Shown here: piece by piece, positions 17,484 to 26,660 of the stretch | Layout: every line of letters starts with the position of its first letter | Position numbering within the stretch: the first letter of the stretch is position 1 | Assembly (NCBI GenBank): GCA_035267605.1 | Contig: DATFLO010000087.1 | Span: forward strand, 1 to 56,810 | Direction: 5' to 3' | Length of the DNA: 56,810 nucleotides | Origin: Gammaproteobacteria bacterium | Lineage (GTDB): Bacteria; Pseudomonadota; Gammaproteobacteria; Thiohalorhabdales; Thiohalorhabdaceae | Notes under the pieces: model-generated | The model's database searches: none | What the model was told of the DNA's origin: nothing | Seen by the model: only the letters and a program-made list of their open reading frames with translations | Program-made: the position numbers and the translations under genes

Positions 17484-18317
17484 TTAACTAATCCGCCGCA
17501 GCAGCCGATCCAGCCACCGCACCGGCAGCGACCACTTCAGCCCGGCCAGCAGATAGGTGGGGAAGGTGACGTAGTAGCGGGCGCGCGGGCGCCGGGCCTC
17601 CAGGGCCTTGACCGTCTTGGCCAGGACCGCCTCCGGGCCCAGGGTGAACGGCGCCTCGTCGGCACTGGCCAGACGCGCGGCCACCTCGCGCTCGTAGATG
17701 CCGCGGTGGGGGCTGTGCTCGGCGTCGATGTTGGCCTGGAACGCCGCGTAGGCGTTCTCCCGGAAGCGGCTGGTGATGGGGCCCGGCTCCACCAGCACGG
17801 CGTGGATGCCGCTGCCCGCCAGCTCCAGGCGCAGGGTGTCGGTGAGGCCCTCGAGGGCGAACTTGGAGGCGTTGTAGGCGCCGCGGTAGCGCAGGGCCAC
17901 CAGGCCCAGCACCGAGCTGATCTGCACCACCCGGCCGAAGCCCTGCTCGCGCATGGCCGGCAGCAGGCGCGCGGTGAGGTCGTGGGTGCCGAGCAGGTTG
18001 GCCTCCAGCTGCTGGCGCAGGACGTCGCGGCTCAGGTCCTCGACCGCCCCCGGCTGGCCGTAGGCGGCGTTGTTGACCAGCCCCCACAGCCGGCCGTCGG
18101 CCCGCTCGGCAATGGTGCGGGCGGCCGCCGCCACCGATTCCGGGGCTCCCAGCTCCAGGGCCACCGGCTCCAGGCCCTGCTCCGAGAGGCGCTCGAGGTC
18201 GGCGTCGCGGCGCGCCGTGGCCAGGACCCGGTATCCGCGCCGGCGCAGGCCGAGGGCGACGGCCTCGCCGATGCCGGAGGAGCAGCCGGTGACAGCCACC
18301 GTGCGGGGGGTCTGCAT
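17484..18317 (-). CDS. SDR family oxidoreductase (YbbO-like)
   Basis: TGCSSGIG, NNAAYG, SSVLG, YNASK, EPGPI. Confidence 0.9.
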   Translation of the reverse strand: MQTPRTVAVTGCSSGIGEAVALGLRRRGYRVLATARRDADLERLSEQGLEPVALELGAPESVAAAARTIAERADGRLWGLVNNAAYGQPGAVEDLSRDVLRQQLEANLLGTHDLTARLLPAMREQGFGRVVQISSVLGLVALRYRGAYNASKFALEGLTDTLRLELAGSGIHAVLVEPGPITSRFRENAYAAFQANIDAEHSPHRGIYEREVAARLASADEAPFTLGPEAVLAKTVKALEARRPRARYYVTFPTYLLAGLKWSLPVRWLDRLLRRIS

Positions 18318-18326
18318 GGGCCGGTC

Positions 18327-19460
18327 CTAGTAGCGGGTGATCTTGAGCTCGATGCGCCGGTTCTGGCGGCGCTGCACCGGAGTGTCCCCCGGCGTCAGCG
18401 GATGGTACTCGCCGTAGCCGGTGGCGGCCAGCCGCCGCGGCGCGATGCCGCGCCGGATCAGGTAACGCACCACCGACAGGGCCCGCGCGCTGGACAGCTC
18501 CCAGTTGGAGCGGAACTCGGGGGTGCGGATGGGCACGCGGTCGGTGTGGCCCTCGACCATGATGACCATGCCGATGCCCTCGGGGATGCGGTCGCGGACC
18601 TCGGAGTAGGTATCCACGAAGCGGTCCAGCTGGCGCTCGCCGCCGCGCGAAAGCTCGGCCTCCCCCGAAGGGAACAGGATCTCCGACTGGAACACGAAGC
18701 GGTCGCCGCGGATCTGGATGTCGGGGCGGTCGGCGAACACCTCGCGCAACCGGCCGAAGAACTCGCTGCGATACTGCGCCAGCTCCTCCACCCGCCGCAG
18801 CAGCTCGGTGCGGATGCGCGCCGCCATGGCCTCGATCCGGCTCTGCTGGTCCCGGGCCCGGGTTTGCTGCTTGGCCACCCGCTGGCGCAGGGCCTCCACC
18901 TGCGACTGCGCGGCCACCCGCTCGCGCTTCTCCACCTGCAGCGCCCGCTCCAGGCGCCTCAGCCGTTGGTTGAGACGCTCGATGTGGGCCGCCAGGGTAT
19001 CCAGGTTGGAGGCCGAGGCACGTGCCCGGGTGCGCGCCTCCTGCAGTTGGCCGGCGGTCTCTCGCTGCTTGCGGCGGGCGGCGGCCAGGGCCTCGCGGGC
19101 CTCGGTCCGCCCCTGCTCGGCCTCGGCCAGGCGCTGCTGCCGCTTTTGCGCGCGCCGGCGCTGCTCGGTCAGGCGCCGCTTCAGCTCGGTCCGCTCCTTG
19201 CGGCTGGCCGCCAGCTGCTGCTCCAGCTTGTGGCCGCGCTCCTGGGCCGTCCCCAACAGCTCGGCCAGGCGCTCCACCTGGCCGCGCAGGCCGGCGATGG
19301 TCTCCTCCTGGCTGCCCACCTGGCGCGAGAGCACCACCTCGAACAGGAAGAACAGCACCAGCAGGAACACCAGCACCACCACCAGGCCGGCCAGGGCATC
19401 GGTGAAGCCCGGCCAGATAGGGCTGTCCGGTGCCTCCCGGCGTCTACTCCGGCGGCCCAT
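18327..19460 (-). CDS. MotB/OmpA-family peptidoglycan-binding membrane protein with long coiled coil
   Basis: N-terminal WPGFTDAL plus single TM; long R/Q/E/A coiled coil; C-terminal EGHTD, NWELSSARA, GYGEYHP, NRRIE. Confidence 0.88.
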   Translation of the reverse strand: MGRRSRRREAPDSPIWPGFTDALAGLVVVLVFLLVLFFLFEVVLSRQVGSQEETIAGLRGQVERLAELLGTAQERGHKLEQQLAASRKERTELKRRLTEQRRRAQKRQQRLAEAEQGRTEAREALAAARRKQRETAGQLQEARTRARASASNLDTLAAHIERLNQRLRRLERALQVEKRERVAAQSQVEALRQRVAKQQTRARDQQSRIEAMAARIRTELLRRVEELAQYRSEFFGRLREVFADRPDIQIRGDRFVFQSEILFPSGEAELSRGGERQLDRFVDTYSEVRDRIPEGIGMVIMVEGHTDRVPIRTPEFRSNWELSSARALSVVRYLIRRGIAPRRLAATGYGEYHPLTPGDTPVQRRQNRRIELKITRY

Positions 19461-20508
19461 GGCCCTGTCCTCTGTCGCGCGCCACCAGCCGGGCCAAACG
19501 GTCCAGGTGCTCGCCCAGGGCGCGGTTGCGCTGCTCCTCGAGACGGTCCAGATGGCTGCCGAGCTCGCGCAGCTCCGCCTGCACCGCCTCCCCGCTGCGC
19601 TCCACCGCCCGGGCCAGGGAGCCGGATTCCGGCTGGTTGGCGATGAACCGCTCCAGCTGCTCGCCGATGCCGTCCAGGCGCTGGCTCACCCCCTCCAGCA
19701 GGGCGGCGGTGTAGGCCGGCCGGTCCTCGGCCTCCAGGTCCAGGTCCTCGGGCCGGCGGCGCGCCCGCCAGAAAGGCAGCAGGCCGGTGAGGATGAGCTC
19801 CTCGGTGCGTGTCTGGCCGTGGGCCAGCGCCCGGCCCAGCTGGGTCTCCGCGAAACCCAGCGCCAGCGACGCACCCAGGCCGTAGAGGCTGGTGGCGAAG
19901 GCCAGGGCCATGCCGTCGATGGGCGCGGCCATGCGCTCGCGCAGGGCGGCCACGAAGGCGGCCACGTCGTCGAAGCGGTCGGCCGCCAGGGTGTCGATGA
20001 TGCCCTGCACCCCATGGACCGTCTGCAGCAGGCCCCAGAAGGTGCCGAGCAGGCCGAGGACGATCAGGGTGCCGGCCAGGTAGCGGGGCAGGGTGCGTCG
20101 GCTCTCGACCCGCTCGCCCAGGCTGTCCAGCAGGGACGGCAGGGTGGCGTGGTGATGGCCGCGCAGGATCACGTCGCGCACCGTGGCCAGCAGCTCGGCC
20201 AGGGCCCTCGGCTCGCCGGCCAGGACCTCCTCGTCGGTGCGCTCCGGGGATTCGCTGCCGGCCTCCGCGCGCCCCAGGTGGGCGCGGATGCGCTCCAGGT
20301 AGCGGTCCTCGCGCACCAGCACCACCAGCTGGAAGACCACATCGGCCAGGCCCACGGTCAGCAACAGCAGGATCACGCCGTTTAGGGGCGGGTTGGCCTG
20401 GTACAGGCGCAGCAGCGGCTCGCTGAACAGTACCGCCCCCGCCGCCAGCACCACCAGGAACAGAGCCACCCGCAACAGGTAGCGCAGGCTGCGTCCGGCT
20501 TGGCCCAT
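19444..20508 (-). CDS. MotA/TolQ/ExbB-family ion-channel membrane protein
   Basis: Four hydrophobic segments; LGLLGTFWGL and GMALAFATSLYG; ATG 20508 with AAGGAGG RBS; overlaps the MotB-like gene by 17 bp. Confidence 0.85.
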   Translation of the reverse strand: MGQAGRSLRYLLRVALFLVVLAAGAVLFSEPLLRLYQANPPLNGVILLLLTVGLADVVFQLVVLVREDRYLERIRAHLGRAEAGSESPERTDEEVLAGEPRALAELLATVRDVILRGHHHATLPSLLDSLGERVESRRTLPRYLAGTLIVLGLLGTFWGLLQTVHGVQGIIDTLAADRFDDVAAFVAALRERMAAPIDGMALAFATSLYGLGASLALGFAETQLGRALAHGQTRTEELILTGLLPFWRARRRPEDLDLEAEDRPAYTAALLEGVSQRLDGIGEQLERFIANQPESGSLARAVERSGEAVQAELRELGSHLDRLEEQRNRALGEHLDRLARLVARDRGQGHGPPE

Positions 20509-20533
20509 GGTCTCCTCCTTGACGAGCCCGGCC

Positions 20534-21943
20534 TCAGTCCTTGCCATCGTCCTTGTAGTCCGCCGCCTCGATGCCCAGCTGCTTGAGCTTGCGGTAGAGG
20601 TGGGTGCGCTCCAGGCCGGCCTCGGCCGAGGTGCGGGTGATGTTGCCGGAATTGGCGCGCAGGTGGTACTCGAGATAGTGGCGCTCGAAGTCCTCGCGGG
20701 CCTGCCGCAGCGACGCGTCGAACAGGCGGTCGGGCACCTGCGGCCGCGCCCCGGCCCCGCCAAGGGCCATGCGCACCTCGCCGGCCTCCACCGGATCGGC
20801 CTCGGACAGGATCAGGACGCGCTCCACCACGTTCTGCAGCTCGCGCACATTGCCCGGCCACGGGTGCTCGGCCAGGGCCGTCACGGCCCCGGGGGCGAAG
20901 GTGCGGGGGCGAAGGCCCTCGTCGCGGCCGTGGCGGTCCATGAAGTGCTCCACCAGCGCCGGGATGTCGTCCGGGTGGTCGCGCAGGGGCGGGACCCTCA
21001 AGGTGAACACGTTCAGCCGGTAGAAGAGGTCGCTGCGGAACGCCCCGTCCCGCACCCGCGCCTCCAGATCCCGGCTGGTGGCGGCCACCACGCGCACATC
21101 CACGTGCACCGGCCGGCTGCCGCCCAGACGGGTGAACTGCTGCTCCTCCAGGACGCGGATCAGCCGCGCCTGCACGTCCGCGGCCATGTCGGCCACCTCG
21201 TCGAGGAACAGCACGCCGCCGTCGGCCTGCTCGAAGCGGCCGGCCTGGATCCGACCGCCCTCCTCGCTGCCGAACAGCTGGGCCTCCATGCTGGCCGGCG
21301 CGATGGCCGCCGAGTTGATGGCCACGAACGGCCCGCTGCGCCCCGAGCGGACATGCAGCGTGCGCGCCACCGCCTCCTTGCCCACCCCCGGCTCGCCCAC
21401 GATCAGCACCGCCCCCTGGGAGCGGGCGAGGCGGTCGATCTGCTGGCGCAGCCAGTCCATCATGCCGCTCTCGCCCACCAGCTCCACCTCCGGGCCCTCG
21501 CTGCGCAGGGCCTGGTTCTCGCGCCGCAGGCGCACCGCCTCCATGGCGTGCTCGGCGGTAAGCAACAGCTTGTCCAGCGACAGCGGCTTCTCCAGGTAAT
21601 CGTAGGCCCCCAGCCGGGTGGCCTCCACCGCCGATTCGATGGTGCTGTGGCCGGACATCATGACCACGGGGAAGGGCAGGGGGCCGGCCTCCACCCATCG
21701 GCGCAGCAGCTCCATGCCGTCGACGCCGGGCATCCAGATATCCAGCAGGACCAGGTCGGGCGAGCCGCTGCGCACCTGGTGGTCCGCCTCGTCGGCGTTT
21801 GCCGCCAGGGCCACGGCGTAGCCCTCTTCGGACAGGGTCTCCTCGAGCACCGAGCGGATCTCGGCCTCATCGTCCACCACCAGGATGCGGCCGGCGCCGT
21901 CGGCGTCTCCCGCCCCGCCGGGGCGGACCCGGGGCTCAGTCAT
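20534..21943 (-). CDS. ntrX: NtrX-like response regulator (REC-AAA+-Fis HTH)
   Basis: LVVDDE, LDIWMP, MMSGH, GEPGVGKE, FLDEV, DLFYRLNV, WPGNVREL, ERTHLYRKL; follows ntrY. Confidence 0.88.
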   Translation of the reverse strand: MTEPRVRPGGAGDADGAGRILVVDDEAEIRSVLEETLSEEGYAVALAANADEADHQVRSGSPDLVLLDIWMPGVDGMELLRRWVEAGPLPFPVVMMSGHSTIESAVEATRLGAYDYLEKPLSLDKLLLTAEHAMEAVRLRRENQALRSEGPEVELVGESGMMDWLRQQIDRLARSQGAVLIVGEPGVGKEAVARTLHVRSGRSGPFVAINSAAIAPASMEAQLFGSEEGGRIQAGRFEQADGGVLFLDEVADMAADVQARLIRVLEEQQFTRLGGSRPVHVDVRVVAATSRDLEARVRDGAFRSDLFYRLNVFTLRVPPLRDHPDDIPALVEHFMDRHGRDEGLRPRTFAPGAVTALAEHPWPGNVRELQNVVERVLILSEADPVEAGEVRMALGGAGARPQVPDRLFDASLRQAREDFERHYLEYHLRANSGNITRTSAEAGLERTHLYRKLKQLGIEAADYKDDGKD

Positions 21944-24155
21944 GGCTTGCCTCCCGCAGCTCCTCCGCCGGCGCGGCCGCCGGCAGCTCCAGGCGCACCC
22001 GGGCGCCGCCCTCGGGGAGGTTCTCGGCCTCGATGCGTCCGCCGTGCTCCTCCACGATCTTGCGCACGATGGCCAAGCCCAGCCCCGAGCCGTGGCTCTT
22101 GGTCGTTACATAGGGGTCGAAGATCCGGTCCAGCAGCTCCGCCGGGAAGCCCGGGCCATTGTCGGTGACCTCCAGCAGCAGGCCGCCGCCGTCCGCCGAG
22201 CGCCCGGTGCGGATGCGGATGCGGCCCGGCCCGGGGCCGCCCTCCAGGGCCGCCTGGGCGTTCTGGATCAGGTTACCCAGGACCTGGGTCAGGCGGGAAG
22301 CGTCCACCATCGCCGGCGGCAGGTCGGCCGCCAGGTGCGGCTCGATGACGGCGGCTCCCGACTGTTCGTGATAGAGGGCGATGGCCTGGCGCACCAGCGC
22401 ATTGAGGTCCTGGGGCTCCGGCCGGGAGCCGGGCTGGCGGGCGTACTCGGAGAAGGCATTGACCATGTCCCGCAGGCTCTCCACCTGCTGGATGATGGTG
22501 GCGGTGGCCCGGTCCAGGGGCTCGCCCTCGTCGCCCAGGCGCTCCAGGTACTTGCGCCGCAGGCGCTCCGCCGACAGCTGGATGGGGGTGAGGGGGTTCT
22601 TGATCTCGTGGGCGATGCGCCGGGCCACCTCGCCCCAGGCGGAAGCCCGCTGCGCCCTCGACAGCTCGGTAATGTCGTCGAACACCAGCACGAACCCGGA
22701 GACCTCCGCCCCCTCCCCGGGCCGCAGCGGGGCGCCGCGCACCAGCAGGGTAACCGTGCCGCGGCGGGTGCCGGTGAGCTCCACCTGCTCGGTGATGCCG
22801 GTCTGCAGCCGCGCCTTGATCCGCAGGTAGAGGTCGAACAGGGGCTGCAGGTGGATATGGCTCCGCGCCAGGCTGCCCAGCCCCCGCCCGCTCAGGTCCT
22901 CCTCGGGCAGGGCCAGGATCTGGCGGGCCGCGGGGTTGACCGTATCCACCATGCCGCTGGCGCTCAGGGTCACCACCCCCGAGGTGAGGCTGTCCAGGAT
23001 GGTCTCCAGGTAGGCCCGCCGCGCCTGGACCTCGGCGTGGCTGCTGCGGATCTCCTCCTGGGCCGCGGCCAGCCGCCGGGTCATGGCATTGAAGGAGCGC
23101 ACCAGGACGCCCATCTCGTCGTGGCTGGGCACCGCCAGCTGGCGGCCGTACTCGCCCCGGGCCACCGCCCGGGTGCCGCGGGCCAGGTCGCGGATGGGAG
23201 CGGTGAAGCGGTCGGCCAGGCGGAAGGACAGCCACACGGCGACGAACACCGTCAGCACCAGCACCAGGGCCAGGGTCAGGAGGAAGCTGGTCTTGAGCGG
23301 ACCCCGCTCCAGCTGCAGGCGCTTGTAGGTGCCGGTGGCCTCCTGGATGGCCCGCGAGCGGCGGGCCACCGCCGGGGGAATGGTGTCCACCACGCGCAGC
23401 ACCCGGGACTGCGCACCCGGCCGCGGCACCGGGACATAGGCCTGCACCTGCCAGGCCCCCGAGGGTGAGCCGGGCACCAGCAGGGTAAAGGGCCGGCCGC
23501 CGGCCACCTGCAGCAGCTCCTGCCGCCCCGGCGCCTGCGGCAGCTTGGCGGTGGGCTCGGAGCTGCTCGCCCCGAGCAGGGTGCCGTTGGCGGTGAACAG
23601 GGCCACCTCGTGCAGCTCCTGCTCCCGGCGTGCCTCGGTGAGGACCAGCTGCGCCGGCGTGCCCGACTCCCCGGGCAGCCGCTGGGCCACGGCCCGGCCC
23701 TGGTCCAGCACCTCCGAGCGGCGCTCGTCGAGGTAGAGCTGGGCCATGCCCAGGGCCTCGTCCAGGGCCTGCTCCACCTCCACGTGGAACCAGCTCTCCA
23801 CGCTGCGCTGGATGAACTGCATGGAAAACAGGAACAGGATCCCCGCCGGCACCAGGGCCAGGGTCACGAACATCAGCAGCAGGCGGGTGGTCAGGCGGGC
23901 GCCCAGGGCCTCGCGGCGGCGGGCGCCGATGAGGCGGGCCAGGTTGGTCAGGATGGCGGCGGCCAGACCCAGCAGGGCCAGCAGGTCCACCAGCAGCAGG
24001 ATCAGGAACTTGTCGCCCAGGACCGAGCCGCTCTCCAGGGCGCGCGAGGTCAGCACCAGCGACGCCAGCAGCCCCACCAGCAGCAGTCCGGTGGCCAGGG
24101 TGCCCGGGGTGGAGAGCCGCTCCCCCCGGCGCCGCCCGCCGCGCTCCGCGCTCAC
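21936..24155 (-). CDS. ntrY: NtrY-like sensor histidine kinase (TM-HAMP-PAS-HisKA-HATPase)
   Basis: WGEVARRIAHEIKNPLTPIQLSAERL, NLIQNA, DNGPG, GSGLGL. Start uncertain (GTG 24155 or 24188). Confidence 0.9.
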   Translation of the reverse strand: MSAERGGRRRGERLSTPGTLATGLLLVGLLASLVLTSRALESGSVLGDKFLILLLVDLLALLGLAAAILTNLARLIGARRREALGARLTTRLLLMFVTLALVPAGILFLFSMQFIQRSVESWFHVEVEQALDEALGMAQLYLDERRSEVLDQGRAVAQRLPGESGTPAQLVLTEARREQELHEVALFTANGTLLGASSSEPTAKLPQAPGRQELLQVAGGRPFTLLVPGSPSGAWQVQAYVPVPRPGAQSRVLRVVDTIPPAVARRSRAIQEATGTYKRLQLERGPLKTSFLLTLALVLVLTVFVAVWLSFRLADRFTAPIRDLARGTRAVARGEYGRQLAVPSHDEMGVLVRSFNAMTRRLAAAQEEIRSSHAEVQARRAYLETILDSLTSGVVTLSASGMVDTVNPAARQILALPEEDLSGRGLGSLARSHIHLQPLFDLYLRIKARLQTGITEQVELTGTRRGTVTLLVRGAPLRPGEGAEVSGFVLVFDDITELSRAQRASAWGEVARRIAHEIKNPLTPIQLSAERLRRKYLERLGDEGEPLDRATATIIQQVESLRDMVNAFSEYARQPGSRPEPQDLNALVRQAIALYHEQSGAAVIEPHLAADLPPAMVDASRLTQVLGNLIQNAQAALEGGPGPGRIRIRTGRSADGGGLLLEVTDNGPGFPAELLDRIFDPYVTTKSHGSGLGLAIVRKIVEEHGGRIEAENLPEGGARVRLELPAAAPAEELREASHD

Positions 24156-24189
24156 GCGGGGCCCCCCGGCCGTGGCCGGCGGCGGCACC

Positions 24190-24747
24190 CTAGGGCTCCA
24201 GCGGCTGGTAGCGCCATTCGCTGGCGCCTCCCCAGAAGCTGGTCAAGGTGCCCACGATGCGGGCGGGCAGGCTCAGGTGCTCGCGGCTGGCCGAGACGCG
24301 CACCCCTACGTAGTAGTCGGCCCGAGGCCGCAGGCGGTCGTCGGTCACCAGGTCCACCGGCCCGGTCCGCTGCACCAGCTGCCGGGCCCGCTCCCATTCG
24401 CGGGTGAACCAGCGCTCGCCGTGGGCCCAGTCGATCACGCGGTACTGGCGGGTGAGCCGGTTGTAATAGACCTCCCGCCGCACCCGGGTGATGCCCAGGC
24501 TGGCGTCGTACCACCAGCCCCGGCGCCGGAACAGCTCCAGCTCCACCGTGAAATCGATGGGGACCCCCTGGTGCACCTCCTGGAAGGGGCTCCGGCCCCA
24601 CGGCACGCTCCACTCCACACTGGCGCGCCACTGGCCGCCGGAATGGGTCAGCTGCAGCCGGCTCACCCCGAGGGAATCCGCCCGCACCGCCGGCGCCGCC
24701 GCCAGCAGGGCCAGGGCCAGGGCCAGGCCAGCGAGGACCGCCCTCAC
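24190..24747 (-). CDS. DUF4390-like exported protein
   Basis: Signal peptide, GVPIDF, RRRGWWYD, YNRLTRQYRV; usual position upstream of ntrY; GTGA overlap with upstream gene. Confidence 0.75.
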   Translation of the reverse strand: MRAVLAGLALALALLAAAPAVRADSLGVSRLQLTHSGGQWRASVEWSVPWGRSPFQEVHQGVPIDFTVELELFRRRGWWYDASLGITRVRREVYYNRLTRQYRVIDWAHGERWFTREWERARQLVQRTGPVDLVTDDRLRPRADYYVGVRVSASREHLSLPARIVGTLTSFWGGASEWRYQPLEP

Positions 24748-25310
24748 CGCCGCCACTCCGCAAGGGCGGCGGCCGGGTCCGCCCCGGCCAGCTCCGCCCC
24801 CGGCAGGATCAGGGTGTCCGCGCCGCTTTGCCCGAAGCCCACGACCGCGCCCGGCGGGGGGACGAGGGAGCGCTCCGCCGTTGCCGGCCCGGCCGGCCAG
24901 TCCCCCGGGCCTGCCCCACCGGCGGCATGCACGCGGCGGCACGCCGCCGGCGGGGTCCCGGCCTCCAGCGGCCACGCCCAGCCGACACCGGCCGCCTCCA
25001 GCGCGGCCGCCGTCGCCCCCTCCGGCGCCTGCGCCGGCAGCACCCAGTCCGCCCCCGCCCGGGCCAGCGCCTCCGCCGTATCGGGTCCCAGGCGCGTGCC
25101 TGGCGGGGGGATCACCTCCAGCGGCAGCGCGCTGGCGGCGCGCAGGCCTGCCACCAGGCCGAGCACCGCGGGGTCGGCCGGGGCACCTTCCAGGGCCAGG
25201 CCATCGGCGCCGGCCTCGCTCCACTGCCGGCCCCAGGTCGTCAGCTCGGCCAGGGCCTCCCGCGGCGCCTGGACCACCAGGCGCGGCACGAACGGGCGGG
25301 CGCCGGTCAC
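24744..25310 (-). CDS. Degenerate ribulose-phosphate 3-epimerase-like protein (188 aa)
   Basis: EAGAD, LRAASALPLEV, ARAGAD, LEAGTP, GADTL..DPAAALA follow the Rpe barrel pattern; GTGA-coupled at both ends; metal ligands absent. Confidence 0.6.
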   Translation of the reverse strand: MTGARPFVPRLVVQAPREALAELTTWGRQWSEAGADGLALEGAPADPAVLGLVAGLRAASALPLEVIPPPGTRLGPDTAEALARAGADWVLPAQAPEGATAAALEAAGVGWAWPLEAGTPPAACRRVHAAGGAGPGDWPAGPATAERSLVPPPGAVVGFGQSGADTLILPGAELAGADPAAALAEWRR

Positions 25311-26644
25311 GCCGGCGGCTCCTTGCGCAGCGCCGCGAAGTAGAAACCGTCCATGCGGGCCTCGCCGGGCAGGATCTGGCGCCCGGGCCCCGCCGCACGG
25401 CCCCAGGCGGCGGGCAAATTCTCGGCCCGGGCATCCGGGTGGCCGGCGAGGAAGGCGGCCACGCGCTCGCCGTTCTCGCGGGGCAGGACCGAGCAGGTGA
25501 CGTAGAGCAGGCGGCCGCCGGGTCGCAGCAGGGGCCACAGGCCCACCAAAAGGGCCTCCTGGCGGCGGCTCAAGGGATCCAGATCGCCCGGCCGGCGCAG
25601 GTGCTTGATGTCGGGATGACGCCGGATGACGCCGGTCCCCGAGCAGGGGGCGTCCACCAGGATGCGGTCGAAGGGCTCGCCGTTCCACCAGTCCTCCGGC
25701 TCGCTGGCGTCCCCGGTGAGCAGGGCCTCCGGGGCGACCCCGGTGCGCTCGAGGGTCTCCCGGACCCGCGCCAGCCGGCCGGGATCGGAATCGAGCGCCG
25801 TCAGGTGCAGATCCGGGACCGCCTGGAGCAGGTGGGCCAGCTTGCCGCCCGGGGCGCTGCAGGCGTCGAGCACCCGCTCCCCGGGCCGCGCCGCCAGGAG
25901 CGGCGCGGCCAGCTGCGCGGCGGCATCCTGGACACTGGCGCGGCCCTCGGCGAAGCCGGGGAGGCCGGCCACCGGCCGGCGCTCCGCCAGGGAAACCGCC
26001 CCCGGCACCAGCGGGTGGGGCTCGGCGGCGATACCGGCCTCCGCCAGCTCGGCCAGATAGGCCTCGCGATCCCCGGCCACCCGCAGGGTCAAGGGCGGCG
26101 GGGTGTTGTTGGCCGCCAGCACGCCTTGCCAGTCCGCCGGATAGGCCTCCCGCAGGGCGCTCACCAGCCACTCCGGATGGGCGGCGGCCACGGCCGGGGA
26201 GCGCTCGTCGACGGCCGCCAGCCGCTGCTGTCGCTCCCGTCCGAAGCGGCGCAGCACACCGTTGATCAGGGAGCGGGCCCAGGCCTTGCGCCGGGGCAGG
26301 GCGTCCACCGTGGCCGACACCGACGCATAGGGGGGGATGGCGGAATGGGCGAGCTGGTAGAGCCCCACCAGCAGCAGGGCCTCCACCTCCGTCTCCCGGC
26401 GCGGCAGGGGGCGGTCCAGCAGATCGTCCAACAGCGCACGCAGACGGATCGCCCAGCGCACGGTGCCGGTGGCCAGCTCACGCAGCAGGGCGCGGTCGGA
26501 GCGCTCCAGCTCGCCGTAGTCCAGGGCCGCCTCCAGGCGGCGGCCCTCGTGCAGCACGCGGCGCACCGCCTCGGCCGCCCTGGCGCGCACGGCGTGTCCC
26601 GCGGCGGCCTGGCGCCGGTGGTTGCGGTGAGCGGTGGCCGCCAT
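25307..26644 (-). CDS. rsmB: 16S rRNA m5C967 methyltransferase
   Basis: NusB-like N-terminus; SVQD, LDACSAPGGK, DAPCSGTGVIRRHPDI, YVTCS, DGFY. Confidence 0.95.
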   Translation of the reverse strand: MAATAHRNHRRQAAAGHAVRARAAEAVRRVLHEGRRLEAALDYGELERSDRALLRELATGTVRWAIRLRALLDDLLDRPLPRRETEVEALLLVGLYQLAHSAIPPYASVSATVDALPRRKAWARSLINGVLRRFGRERQQRLAAVDERSPAVAAAHPEWLVSALREAYPADWQGVLAANNTPPPLTLRVAGDREAYLAELAEAGIAAEPHPLVPGAVSLAERRPVAGLPGFAEGRASVQDAAAQLAAPLLAARPGERVLDACSAPGGKLAHLLQAVPDLHLTALDSDPGRLARVRETLERTGVAPEALLTGDASEPEDWWNGEPFDRILVDAPCSGTGVIRRHPDIKHLRRPGDLDPLSRRQEALLVGLWPLLRPGGRLLYVTCSVLPRENGERVAAFLAGHPDARAENLPAAWGRAAGPGRQILPGEARMDGFYFAALRKEPPA

Positions 26645-26660
26645 CAGCGCCCTTGCCGGC

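Noticed and set aside
18327-20508. Complete Zorya defence system or flagellar stator
   Set aside because: No ZorC/D/E-like genes, the A tail is short, the context is housekeeping, and no flagellar genes are nearby; kept as an unassigned motor pair.
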